A DNA stretch of 64,000 nucleotides, taken from the NCBI RefSeq assembly GCF_009914755.1, contig NC_060926.1; one strand, 5' to 3'. This document shows, in pieces, positions 45,621 through 57,976 of the stretch. Position 1 is the first letter of the stretch. The number at the start of each line of letters is the position of its first letter. The notes under the pieces are model-generated. The model saw only the letters and a program-made list of their open reading frames with translations, was not told the DNA's origin and ran no database searches. Source of the stretch: the human T2T-CHM13v2.0 reference genome, Homo sapiens. Made by a program: the position numbers and the translations under genes.

Positions 45621-48600
45621 GTTAGAAATAGATTGAACACCCTCTTCAAAGTCCTTCCCTAGACATGGCAATCCACTTACTGAAAACACGTACACAAAAA
45701 CCTACATGGAGGAATTGCACATCTTTGTTGAAAAACAGAAATAAGGACTTTAAGATCAGGAACAAATAATTAAAATCTTAACAATTTATATGCTGACAAG
45801 TCATTGTTGCCTTCTCACCTCCAAAAGTATAAGCCCCAAAGCCTTTACTTAATCCAGGCCTCCAGATCTGTCCTGAGCTAAGATTCCAGGTTTATTTCTT
45901 TCTTCCCATGTTATCCTCTAGAAATTCTGCATTTCTTCAGACAGGACTCAGTCCACGCGTTCCCTCTATTTCTGTTGCTCTTCATCTCCCTCATTCATTG
46001 TTCTTTATGAATGAAAGTAAAAGGCACAGAACTTGAAACTACAGTTATGCCTCCCTGATTATAATTTCTCTTAAAATTCAAGAAGTCATGAGCCTACTGT
46101 GGTGTACTCTTACAGCATCTACACGAATTTCCTATGTCGTGTCCAAAAATTTTAAGTATTTTTAAAAATATTAAGGTAAAAAGAAGAAATAGATCATAAT
46201 AGAATAGAGAATAAATCAGAAAGGCAGTGGTTCTGCAGTGAAGCTCATGGGAAAGATAAAGGAGAATGGAGAAAAGTAAACTCTGAGCCTAAAATTTTAC
46301 AGCATCTCTGAAGAAAAGAGAAATAGCAAAAATATGTAAAAGGGATTGGTGATGGCCAAAGATACAGGAAGATGGGGGTCTAGAAATTAACAAATCCTGA
46401 GGCGTAAGTACAGTGACAGACACGTGGGTGGGAGGAATGAGTCATCTACCACAAAGAAAAACATTGTTAGTTACAATGTATAAGTATTCATTATAACTAC
46501 TGGGAGGCAAACGATTGCAAATTGTCCTTTGAGCAAAGGATGGTGAATGACAATGGTGGGAGTGCCCATTAGTACAAATTTGAATGAGTGTAATTTCTCA
46601 TTGCTTTTTTGAGTCATATTCCGTACTATAATCTAAGGAAAGTCCCTCCTGAACTGAGGTGAGAGTTTGCTTCCAAATCATAGGTTTCTGAGGGGATTCT
46701 TAGCCTGTCCTAGGCAATTGTCTGAAAGTTTAGTCCCAGTCCAGACTACCCCTCCGTGTATGCTCAGTCTATAACAAGTAGCAGGGGAGAGTGATCTGTT
46801 TTAGGAAAATATTACTGGCAGAAGAACAAAGGTGGCTTCATGAACAAGTAGCCCCATGAGGAGGGGCAAAGTGGAGTCCGACAAACCATTAGATGACTAT
46901 TGCAGAGTCAAACTGGAGATGACAAACTGGAACCCAAAATAAAATTGAACCATTCTGCTTTTATTTAGTCAAATTGCATTACTGCATGTTTGACCCCATT
47001 GCATAATAATATAAATTCTGATTAGCATAGATTTCCTCGAATTGACAGATAGCATAAAAACTATGTATTTCTTTCTTAATTCTAAGTTGAGCCAAGATTC
47101 AGCTGTTTCACTTCACATTCAGTGATTTTATTCATATATTCTTCACCTCTGGGAGCCAACATCAAGTTGAGTCTTGAGATTCCTGTCTTCTTAGCTCAAG
47201 CTTGTTCTTGCTTTTGCACATCTGCTCTAATTCCTAAAGCTAATTATATATTAAGGACAATAATAGTTTGACGAACGTGTTGGAGGTTCCTTTTTGGAAT
47301 TTCCTGATGAGTAAATTTCTCTCTCTCTCTCTGAGTCTCCTAATAGCCTTGCATAAATCTCTGGCTTACACAGAGTTAATTTATAGTTTTTAAAGCTTGC
47401 TCTTAATAATGCTATTGGTAAAATCTAATTTAAAGGGCTACTCTTGGTCAAGTCTAGGTAAGGCCACTGTTAAAGTTGGAGTAGAATTTCATTATAGTAT
47501 CTGTTTTCTGTGTCCTAGATCCTGTATATTTTTCTTAATCAAATGAAAGTATAGGTGAATTAACTCATTTGTATGAGCACTATATAAATAAAGCTGGGTT
47601 ATTTAGCTTTAGAGATTATTTAGAGGTTGTAATCCTCTAAATGTATCAACTCTTTGGTACTAGCCAGACATGGAATCCACAAAAACAACATAGAAAAAAT
47701 ATGAAAATGTTTGGGGTTTAAAAAAAATCTAAACAGTATAAGTAATTCAAAACTTTATTGATCATGGGCCGGAAGTAATATGTTGCAATAAACACATTAA
47801 GATAATTAAATTAACATAGGAAAAAATTCTATAATAGGACAAGTGTCCTCTGTTGTCTTGTTACTTTGTATGGCCTTTAATGCATCTTGATGCCCCTCAG
47901 AAAGGGGTAATTGTTGGTGGTTGTGGCTCACCATAGAAATATATTTCTTGCCTATTCAAGTTGTCAATAAACAGAGATTGATAGAAGGAATATACCTGCA
48001 TCTTAAAGCCTTTTCTTTTTATAATCACTAACATATTGTAAGTTTGTAGAAATAATATTATTCAAATCTGATTTTGGTACATTGTGATAAAATGTGTCTA
48101 CATATTCTGAGAAAGATAACTGAATAAAAGGATAAAAATCACAGTAAATCCTATTAACTTTTAAAGATAAATAGAAAAGTTGTAAATCCTATATATTGCA
48201 TTAGAAAATAACTATGAATAAAGAGCAAGAGGTTACAGACTAAAACATTTTTATTTCAACAAAGTCTTTCAAGCCTATAAATACAAATTAATTGTTCTTC
48301 TTTGGAACAATTAGATAATTTGGAGGTTTGACATTATGCATCTTGGAATAAACCCTAGGCAACTTCTGTTGCATTCATTAATGAAACAGCGTACATGTTT
48401 TCAGACACCCATTTGGAAATGTCACTTTGGCTTGTCTCTCCATGTAGAAAGGAAAGAGAGAAAAGCTTTTCTCAAATCAGTCATTAGTAAAAGTCAAAGA
48501 AAATAGAAAAATATACAATGGCAAACATTAAATATAATGCATAAATAAAAATGATATAACATATTCGGCTCATTAACTGTAAAAAAAATTAAATCTTTGT

Positions 48601-48667
48601 TTACTTAAGTAGTAATTTAACATGTAGCAGGATGATAGAATGTAGATCTAAAATTAAAAATATTTTG

Positions 48668-48816
48668 GGCTGGGCATGGTGGTTCATGCCTGTAATCCCA
48701 GGACTTAGGGAAGCAGAGGAGAGAGAATAGCTTGAGCCCAGGAGTTGAAGACCTGCTTGGGCTACATAGCGAGACCCTGTTCTCCACAAAAAGGAAAAAA
48801 AAAAAAAGACAAAAAC
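48668..48816 (+). pseudogene. BC200 (BCYRN1) RNA retropseudogene, 3' unique domain absent
   Basis: Alu left monomer with BC200-specific ATAGCTTGAG, GACCTGC, ATAGCGAGACCC.GTTCTCCA, then AAAAAGG-An-GACAAAAA; imperfect TSD AAAA(T/G)ATTTT. Confidence 0.9.
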
Positions 48817-49454
48817 AAAAGATTTTAGAGATCACTTATTAAACACTCATGTGCCTCTATTTTAAACAAATAGTGAAGATTGATAAATTAGTACAGCTAA
48901 ATCTCCAATTTTTTTTTCCTCTTTAACTCACATATTAAATTACAGTGTGAGGTAAGGAGATTAAGAGTCCTTTAAGAGAGAGGAGCAGGATGCTGGGAAA
49001 GGAAAAGATGAGAAATAGGACAATTATAACATTATTAAATTTGTGTAAATCTGACTTGGAACAAAAACCTAAAGAAGGCCAAATCATGTGAGATTAATAT
49101 GCCGAAGTATTAAAATGGGACTCTTTTTCTAGCAGTTTACAATTGACAATAGAAATTAACATTCATGTAAAAATACAACAAACATCTGTACAATAAACTG
49201 AGATGCAATAATAATAGACAAATACAAATATACATGCTTTATGTGATAAGTATATTACTAGTAAAGTTATATGCCAATGGATTAAATTACCTTTAATGAA
49301 CTGGATAAATTCATGGCCTAAAGAAAATTAGTAATTTTTAAAATATATTATGTAATTCAACCAATATATATTAAATGCTATTTGTTAGGTACTGTCCTAG
49401 AAACAATGTAAACCATGCTTACCGAAGCAGCCTTTTAACCACACGTTTGATCAC

Positions 49455-49985
49455 TGTAACAGGCTGACTGTGGTACCTGCCTTACCCCATCTTCTGCTAT
49501 GACTACTGTTTACCTTGGAGGTGGGGTGTCACACCCGTACAGGTACTCTGTCACTCTTATGCCAACCACATCTGATTGGGTATGGAGTAGATATCTGACT
49601 AAGGGGGGCATATTTTCATAGGCTTGTTCCAGTAAACTTGAAATCAGGGAATAGGGAGATTGGATGATTTAACCCCCAGATACAGCACTTGTAAAGATAG
49701 GAGAGGGGTAGCCATGTTGGCCCAAATAAGATGTAGCAGAAGAGTCAGGCAGACACATTCAGAGGGGCACATTAGAGACAGCCCATGTGGCCCCAGAGAA
49801 GGGGAAGTGGAAAGCATAATCTTGTTTCTACACTGTATTTTTTTTTTCATTTTTGCTTTCAATCCCTGTGAAGTGTGGCTATATTCACTGACCCTAAGTT
49901 CCAAAAGATACCCATTTGTTCCTTTATCCTTCCCCTTACATTATTGCTTTTACCTATTTATTTGTTGGTTAGTTTTGCTTAAGGA
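49455..49985 (+). mobile_element. Ancient ERVL/MaLR-type LTR relic
   Basis: CCAC..CTGATTGG....GG.GTAG.TATCTGAC motif and AGCCATGTT..AGGCAGACACA..CAGAG body as in old ERVL LTRs; very degenerate. Confidence 0.45.
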
Positions 49986-50547
49986 ATTTTAGAAGGAATT
50001 TTACTAATTTTTTTTGACTTGCAAATAAAGGCACCAGTGCTTACAATTTACATTTTTTTCTATATGTGGTATTGAGACGAAAAAGTCAACAACTTGAAAA
50101 AAATCCATTTTGATGTTTAACTTATAGACCGTAAGCAAAAATGCATAATTTATTTCTTGTATATTTGAATATGTCATACTCAAGGAAAACAATTGAGTTT
50201 TTAGCAAAATTTTGGAGAAGGGATGAATTTCTGAGTTTAGAAGTACAATAGTTTCAAAGTTAAAATTAGTGGATTTGACAGCATGATTTAAAAACTGCAT
50301 GCAAAAAAGAAAGATTGTCTTAAAAAACAATCAACTGATTATGTAGACACACTATATAAGACAGTGTTACTACCTTTCTAATATAATTATCCTACAAAAA
50401 ACTATAAAAATTTTAAGAACTTTACAAATAAATGGACCAACATCCAAGTGCACAAAGATGATTAAACAAAATAATTGATATTACTGTGAAAACACTGGAA
50501 TCTCTACTTTTAAGTAAACGAATAAATATTCACAAAAAATATTTTAA

Positions 50548-50873
<326 letters not shown>

Positions 50874-51005
50874 GGAAATTTATTTTTAAATATTCACTAT
50901 TGCGCAAGATGGTTTGCAAATGGTAGTTCCATATATTTCAGATAACATTAACTAGTACAACTCTTTTGCAAACTGATTGGAGATACTGCTGTGAGTCAAG
51001 AAATG

Positions 51006-51007
<2 letters not shown>

Positions 51008-51037
<30 letters not shown>
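51008..51037. repeat. (GT)15 microsatellite
   Basis: Read directly. Confidence 0.97.
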
Positions 51038-51039
<2 letters not shown>

Positions 51040-51305
51040 ACTCAAGATACAGTCCCAGAAGAGAATTACTAGGCTAAAGGATACAAATATATATTTTTAC
51101 ACACACATAGGTATATTACAGAAAAGATCTATATTAGTGTGTATTTAAAATAAACTCATCACAACATTACACCATGAAGCTTTTTTAAAAAAAACTTGCT
51201 GTCCAATTGTTGGAGAATATTTAGAAAATTTGGTAGACACATTGTGGCTTTCCGAGTAAATGCTACACAGTACTGGGAAACCAAACATGAAATAATATCA
51301 GATTA

Positions 51306-51548
<243 letters not shown>

Positions 51549-53536
51549 CTATCTAACTATTGCTTATCTAATTATACCTAGATAAATAAATGGATAGCGA
51601 GATACATAAAGGGTACATAGATAGATATAATTAGATAAGCAATATTTGCTCAAAACATAAAAAACAGGAAAAAAGAATTGAATAAAATGAACCATAATAA
51701 TTAAGATAATTTATAGTGATTTTTAACATCTTTAATTCCAAAATGTGTACAATTAATATATATATCCTTGAGTCTAGTTTTTAAAAAATCTCAATACCCA
51801 TGTGATTAAAATGGCACGCTTGTAACTATTTTTGTAGGTACTTTAATGTTGTTTCTATGTTAATTTCTGAAGCTAAAATTTAATACAACTATTTACAGAA
51901 ATAGATAACTGGAATCAATCTACATGTCAAAAAAACTAAGAGAATGGCTAAGTAAATTATACTGTTTCTATAAATATTTGGGAAAATAGTATGCCAACTT
52001 TACTTACATACAAAGGCAATGTACCAGCATTAGATAACTTGTATGAATGGTAAGTGAGAAGTTCACTAAACCTATGCTCCCTATCATTACACATATCTTT
52101 AATTCTATGCCTATGGGGGAAGAGAATGCAATATTATTTCATTAATAGTATTTGGGGAGGAAAATTATGAATGTGTTCTTTAAGCTCAAGCTCTCCAAAA
52201 ATTTGTCATGTTATTTTGTAGTTTTTAAAAATTGATATTATTAAACAATGATAAGTCAGAGTTTTTAACTGGAGATTATATGTCATCCGGTATACCAAGA
52301 AAAAGTTTCTAAAGCAAACAATAAGACTGTTAGGCATACTGTACATATAGTAGTAATGGGGGGTTTTACCAATGCTTGAAAAAGCAAAAGTAGGCATTGG
52401 TTGAAAAAGTGCTACCTTGGAATTGAAAACTGCAATGAAAATGTCGGTTTTAACTAGAATACAATTAATCCAGCTGCTTACACTGTAAGTCTTTATTGAA
52501 ACTGTGGCTGTTATATCCCTACGAAGGTTTTTTAAAGTTGCTAAGTACGTGCCCATCAGAATAATGGAAAGCATAATTATCCTTATTGTGCTTAGTGACA
52601 TTGAAACTGCTATTATTCTGTGATTGGAGTTGCATAATTATAGATAATTGCTGCTACTGTATTTTCTGTTCAAATATAGCTGTGCAAAAATTACTTTATT
52701 TTAATTAAACATGTTTAGGTTTTTAAAGTTTGGTTTGCTATCATAACCAAACTCTATTTAAATGTCCCAATGGTATATATTTTTCTAACTCTCGCTAATT
52801 AGTTTTTTAACAAATCAGCTGTTCAGTTCGTGATAAATTGACCTTGTTCCACTTAACAATCAATTACATGAAATATAAACTTAAATTATTAATGTATTTC
52901 CTTTTCAAGTACCTAATTCTAAAAGCAAACATAGAACCTGTTCTAATAATGTTGGTGATACTAGTTTTAGCTCTAGGAGATGGTATCTGTGGGTTAAAAA
53001 ACGTACTTAAGGGCTTAATGAATATAAAACATATTGATAAACAGCTACAATAAATATGATATGACAGAAGGGACATTAACAAAGAGAATGATAAAACCTG
53101 TTTATCAAAATTGTCAATATCTCGGAAAACGTATTGCAATGAGAATCAGCTATGCATAGGGCTGTCTGCACAGAGCTCAATCAATTCCTTTCACACATCG
53201 GGCTTTGTACAAAGACCCTGCCAAAACTCACAAAGCATATGCCTCTTTCAGTAACACATACTCAGTTTGGAATTTATTTTTCACTGACTGAGAAACACCC
53301 CTGAAGTGGGTGCTAGTGCCCTTCCCACCTTATGGCATAGTCCATTTGTCTGAGATTCATAAACACATTTTACAATATCGTCATTTGCTGTCATTTCTTT
53401 TCCCCACATGTGACTGTGTGGTCAGAATTCACTCTTGGAACCAGCCAGGAGTCTTTGGTGAGTTACATGTCATTGGTTTATGCTGCTTTCAGTCTCATGA
53501 GCAACTATAACTCCAGTGAGCAAATTCAGGTGATAA

Positions 53537-53676
53537 CATCAGGTACTATGCTCCCTACCTGGGTGACAGAACATTCCTACATTCATCCCTAGTGACACAC
53601 AATTTACCCATGTAACAAATCTCCACGTGTACCCATGGAAACTAAAATAAAAGTAGTAGAAGAAAAAACAACCAAA
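53537..53676 (+). mobile_element. Extremely 5'-truncated L1 (L1PA15-17-like 3' end, 140 bp)
   Basis: GGTACTATGCTC.CTACCTGGGTGAC..CAATTTACCCATGTAACAAA..CTAAAATAAAAGT; perfect 16-bp TSD CAAATTCAGGTGATAA (53521-53536, 53677-53692). Confidence 0.93.
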
Positions 53677-54129
53677 CAAATTCAGGTGATAAAACATAGT
53701 GTGAAATTTCACATATTTCATTTACATTTAAATTAACCCATCCCAAGGCACCTAAAAGTCAAATGCACTGTGGAATGAGGACCTCCTGCAGACATTGGGT
53801 CTGCAGCTCTCCAGCAATGAAGTCCCAGGCAGGGAGATAGGGAGAAAGGTGAGGAGTTGAGTATAATGAAAACAGAAAAATGAGGAGTTTTTTTTTTTTT
53901 TTTTTAATTAAAGACCCTTTCTTTAATTCCAAAGCTTGTGCTCACCCTGTTAGCAATAAAACTCTCAGTAAACATTCAGTTCACGTAATCAACTTTTTGA
54001 ATGGGAAAAAAAGGTCTTTCCAGGGGCAGGCGCACTGTTGAGAAACGTTGGTAAAAATGTGTATCCAAATCTAAACTCATTTTCTTCCTAACCAAGATAG
54101 CTTTTCCTTTCGAATGCCTTTGTTTTGCT

Positions 54130-54198
54130 TCTTTCTCTCTCTCTTTCTCTGCCTATCTCCTATCTATCTATCTATCTGTCTATCTTTCTATCTATCTA
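54130..54198. repeat. (CT)n/(TCTA)n compound microsatellite
   Basis: Read directly, imperfect. Confidence 0.85.
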
Positions 54199-54339
54199 AT
54201 CTTGCTTTGTATTTTTGTGTTTTGCTTGTTGTAAAAGGCATTTTCTAGTTCTCCAAGCCCAGTGTTGACCTGGTCTCCTCTCTTTTCCTTTTCTCTCTCT
54301 CATTCTTATGCATACATTCACTGGATATTTTACAAACTT

Positions 54340-54585
54340 CACCATTCATTCCACTATAAAAGTACATTTTATTTACCTGCTCAAACTTTTCTCCTGCTTT
54401 AAGGCCCAACTCAAATGCTACTGTCATCAAATAATCTTTCCTCATTACCCACATCTTAATGTTATGACTTTTAAACTCTGGTTGTTCCTCTCTTATAACA
54501 GATATTCTATTTTGCATGACGTGTTCATGTAGTACTTGTTGTTTTATCCTACTAATCTGAAAGTTCTTTAGGGTAAGTGTCCATT
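54340..54585 (+). mobile_element. L2 fragment
   Basis: CTTTAAGGCCCAACTCAAATGCTAC; CCTACTA.TCTGAAAGTTCTT.AGGG. Confidence 0.55.
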
Positions 54586-56493
54586 GTAGGTATGATATAT
54601 GTCACAGAAAGTAACATCACTTTCAATTCCACAGTCTGTAAGATGAGAAGAATATAATACTCTTTTAATATTTGAATAAGTATAGGTCCTAATCTAACAA
54701 GGAAACTTCCATCTGTTACTTAATATCGATCTTCTTCAAAAAACATAAAGATATGATGACAGTTTTTATATGTAACCGCTTACTATTTATATAGTGGGTT
54801 AACTGTGAGATATACTATTTACAGGAGATGGTAATGAAAATAGGCAGCATTCTTTCCACTTAACGATCATGCTCAAGTAGAAGAGTAGTCTCTATAAATA
54901 TTTTAAATCTTCATAATTGGAAATGCTGATTATAAACATAGACTATTTTAAAATGGAAATTTAAATAAACACCACTCTTAGAGCACAGTCTTGTACATTT
55001 CAATTATAGAAGGGAAAAAATAGTGAAAGAAACCCAAAAGATAAATCTTGTCCTACCGTCTGATGAGTGACTCCATGTAATTTACTTAGGACTTACAGAT
55101 ACTATAGACACAGTGGGGGTGAGTGTATTAGTCAAATTTTCCACAGCACATGATAACAGCCCAGATTTTCTACAGCACATGAAAACAGCATTCTGCAGTC
55201 AACTTTGCAAAATCCCATTTCCTGGGAGAAGCAAGCTAGTGTGTAGTAGGAGAATGGCTCCTGTCCAAAGCATGTCTTGTTAAAAAAGAAGAGGGCGAGT
55301 GAAGCAAGGAAAACATTGAAACATTTTTAACTCCTGAAAATCAGAAAGTTTAACAAGTGTGGCAAAGGAGAAGTGAATATCAGACTTTGATCATGATTTT
55401 AGAATTTGAATATGTGGTACATACAGTTTTTATTATAAATTAATTTCATGATATATAAATTATTCGATAATTCTAGAAATAGTGGTCATGTTTTCATGCT
55501 TATAACAGGGCTCACATTTTCCTCTGGTTTCATATATTATCACATATGTTATATATGCATATAACTTTTTTGGCCCAAAAAACTATTTTTAAATTATTTT
55601 ACATTTAAAAGGGTTGTGGGAAATCTATGACTTTGACTTTCATGCTTAAGGACCTTTCAGGCTAATCATTTCAATGCTGTGAAACACTTAAACTTTCTCC
55701 AGTGGAATAAAGAATAAACATCATTCTTTCATAGACTTAAAGTTCTGTGGAAAGCATGTCTTCAACTATAGGAGTTTCTAAGACTATACACAGCACACGT
55801 TATCAGGGAGGAAAAAAATGACTTAAGTCTAAAACATAGGTTGGCAACCTGTGATCCATAGAACCCTGGGGGCCCCTGAAACATTTTTAAGTGGCCCATG
55901 AGGTCAAAACCATTTTTATAATAATATCATATATTTTTTTCTGTTTTATTGTGTTAACATTGCAGTAATTGTGCAAAATTAATGGTGAGTGAAACTGCTG
56001 GTGCCTTAGCACAGATGGAGACTGTGGCACCAAACCATACCATTAGTAATTGGGTCCCTCATTGTCACAAACTCACAGGGAAAATAAAAGCCAATTTTAT
56101 TTAAGAATGTCTTCAATAAAGCAGTAAAAGTTTTACTAAATCTCAACCCTAGAATACATATCTTATTAAAATTTTATGGGATAAGGTGATGAGTAGGAAT
56201 TGAAAAAAAGTGAATTATTTGATTTTCAGGCTGAATTCGCCACTTTTTCCATGAAATACAATTTTTTCTTGATGAATGTTAGACACACTGTAGTTATTTA
56301 GATTTGGTTATTTTGCAAGTATTTTCTCAAAAGTGAAGGAACCCAACCTGTTATTTCAGGTAAACAATTGACAGTATTCATTGACAATGATAAAATTTGA
56401 GCTTTCGGGAAGAACTGAAATTCTGGGAGACTTTTATTTATCACAAGGAGCTTAATAACTTTCTAATATATAAAGACGGTTGTTGTGGATTAT

Positions 56494-57478
56494 TGATGAT
56501 ATTCGCTAATATCATTGAAAAATAAGAGAAAGGAAAAAAGAAAGAGAGGGAGAAAGGAAATGAAAGGAAAGGAAGAAAGGAGGAAGGAAGGAAGGAAGGA
56601 AGGTAGGTAGGTAGGTAGATAGGTCAGTCTCTGCTACTGGTTCCTGACACAAGCTTCTAAAACCCTTGTAACCTCCCAAGTAACAGGAGTGCCAGCATCA
56701 TCTTTTGTTCTAACATTTGGTCTTCAATGCCGTTTCTGACACAGAGCTCCTAACTCTCTTGGAATTTCTAATGAGGTAACTCTTGGTAGACTCCTGGATG
56801 GGGCTGGTTACCAGAAAGACCAAGCCATGATGAGAACCTTGGAACCTTCATTCCCATCCCCTATTCTCCAGGGAGGGGAGGGGAGCTGATAAGAAGTCAA
56901 ATAATTAATCATGTCTAGGTGACGAAGCCTCCATTAAAATCTCAAGAATACAAGGTTCTGAGAGCGTCTGGTGTCCACAATTATTTAAAAAGGATAGGGC
57001 AAGCACCCACATGGCAAGAGGCTGCTGCGACCCAATGCTACAAGGAAAGAAGTTCCTGTGGTTGGCACCCCATCCAGACCTTGCCTTATATAACTCTTGA
57101 TCTGGCTGTTCATCTGTCTCCTTTATCATATCTTTTATAATAAGCCAGTAACATAGGTACTTTTCTAAGTTCTCTGACCCTTCATAGCAAATTATCGAAT
57201 CTGAGCAAAGGGTTGTGGGAACCTCCAATCTGTAGCCAAGATGGACAGAAGTATGGGTCCACTACTTGCAATTGACATCTGATGGGGTGTAGGAGCAGTA
57301 CTGTGGGACTAAACCCTTAATTTATGTCATAATTTGTGTCATAATTAAATTCTAGGAGAGCCAGTTGTTATCCAGAGAATCAGAGAATTGCTTGGTATGG
57401 AAAACCCACAGATTTTGTGTTGGAAGTGAACTGTTGTTTAAGAGTGAAGAGAGAAAAATAGTTATTTGGTTATCCTAT
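56494..57478 (+). mobile_element. MER21-family solo LTR with a microsatellite near its 5' end
   Basis: GGTTCCTGACAC..CTAAAACCCTT; GATGGGGCTGGTTACCAGAAAGACCAAGCCATGAT; CTACTTGCAATTG.CATCTGA. Confidence 0.85.
56525..56623. repeat. Purine tract grading into (GGAA)n/(AGGT)n
   Basis: Read directly; five consecutive GGAA at 56582-56601. Confidence 0.93.
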
Positions 57479-57501
57479 TTGGTAATAATTAGCTATATTA
57501 T

Positions 57502-57976
57502 TGTACAGTAAACAGTTAACTTAGCAGGCTTAAGTGGTTCTATGCATTCCAGAGAAAGGACTGGCCCTTGACCAGCTCCTAGTAGATAACATCTGAGACT
57601 TGGAGTATCCTGCCTAATAAGGGTATTGTGTATGTTTGAGGCCTTGGACCATACTGTATCAGTTGACCAGATAGTTTATACTAACAGTGTGACATATGGT
57701 GAACACCTGTTTTTGTATGCCTGAGGCCCTGGACCATACTATATCAGTTTGACTTCTGGGGAGCTAAAGACTAAGTCACTAAAGTCAGTCATGTGAGCAC
57801 TGCACATCTCTATGTCTGACTTCCAGTGAAAACCATAGACACATGGGTCAGGTCAGTGTCCCTGGCAGGCAATACTTTCCCTATATTGTCATGCTTTGTG
57901 CTAATAGAATTAAGTACATTCCTATTTGACTTTTTGTGAACTGAGCCAGAAGATGATCTTGGAGACTGCCAACACA
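57502..57976 (+). mobile_element. MER77-family ERVL solo LTR, probably internally deleted
   Basis: TGTACAGTAAA..GTTAACTTAGCAGGC start, CCAGATAGTTTAT.CTAACA.TGTGA, ends CCAACACA. Confidence 0.82.

Noticed and set aside
52206-52601. 131-aa hydrophobic ORF on the minus strand
   Set aside because: Composition expected from AT-rich non-coding DNA; no domain or splice structure recognised
53521-53692. 16-bp direct repeats flanking 140 bp
   Set aside because: Explained as the target-site duplication of a truncated L1
57630-57753. ~38-bp direct repeat TGAGGCC.TGGACCATACT.TATCAGTT with a spacer (superficially CRISPR-like)
   Set aside because: Only two copies and inside a MER77-type LTR; an internal LTR duplication in a eukaryotic genome
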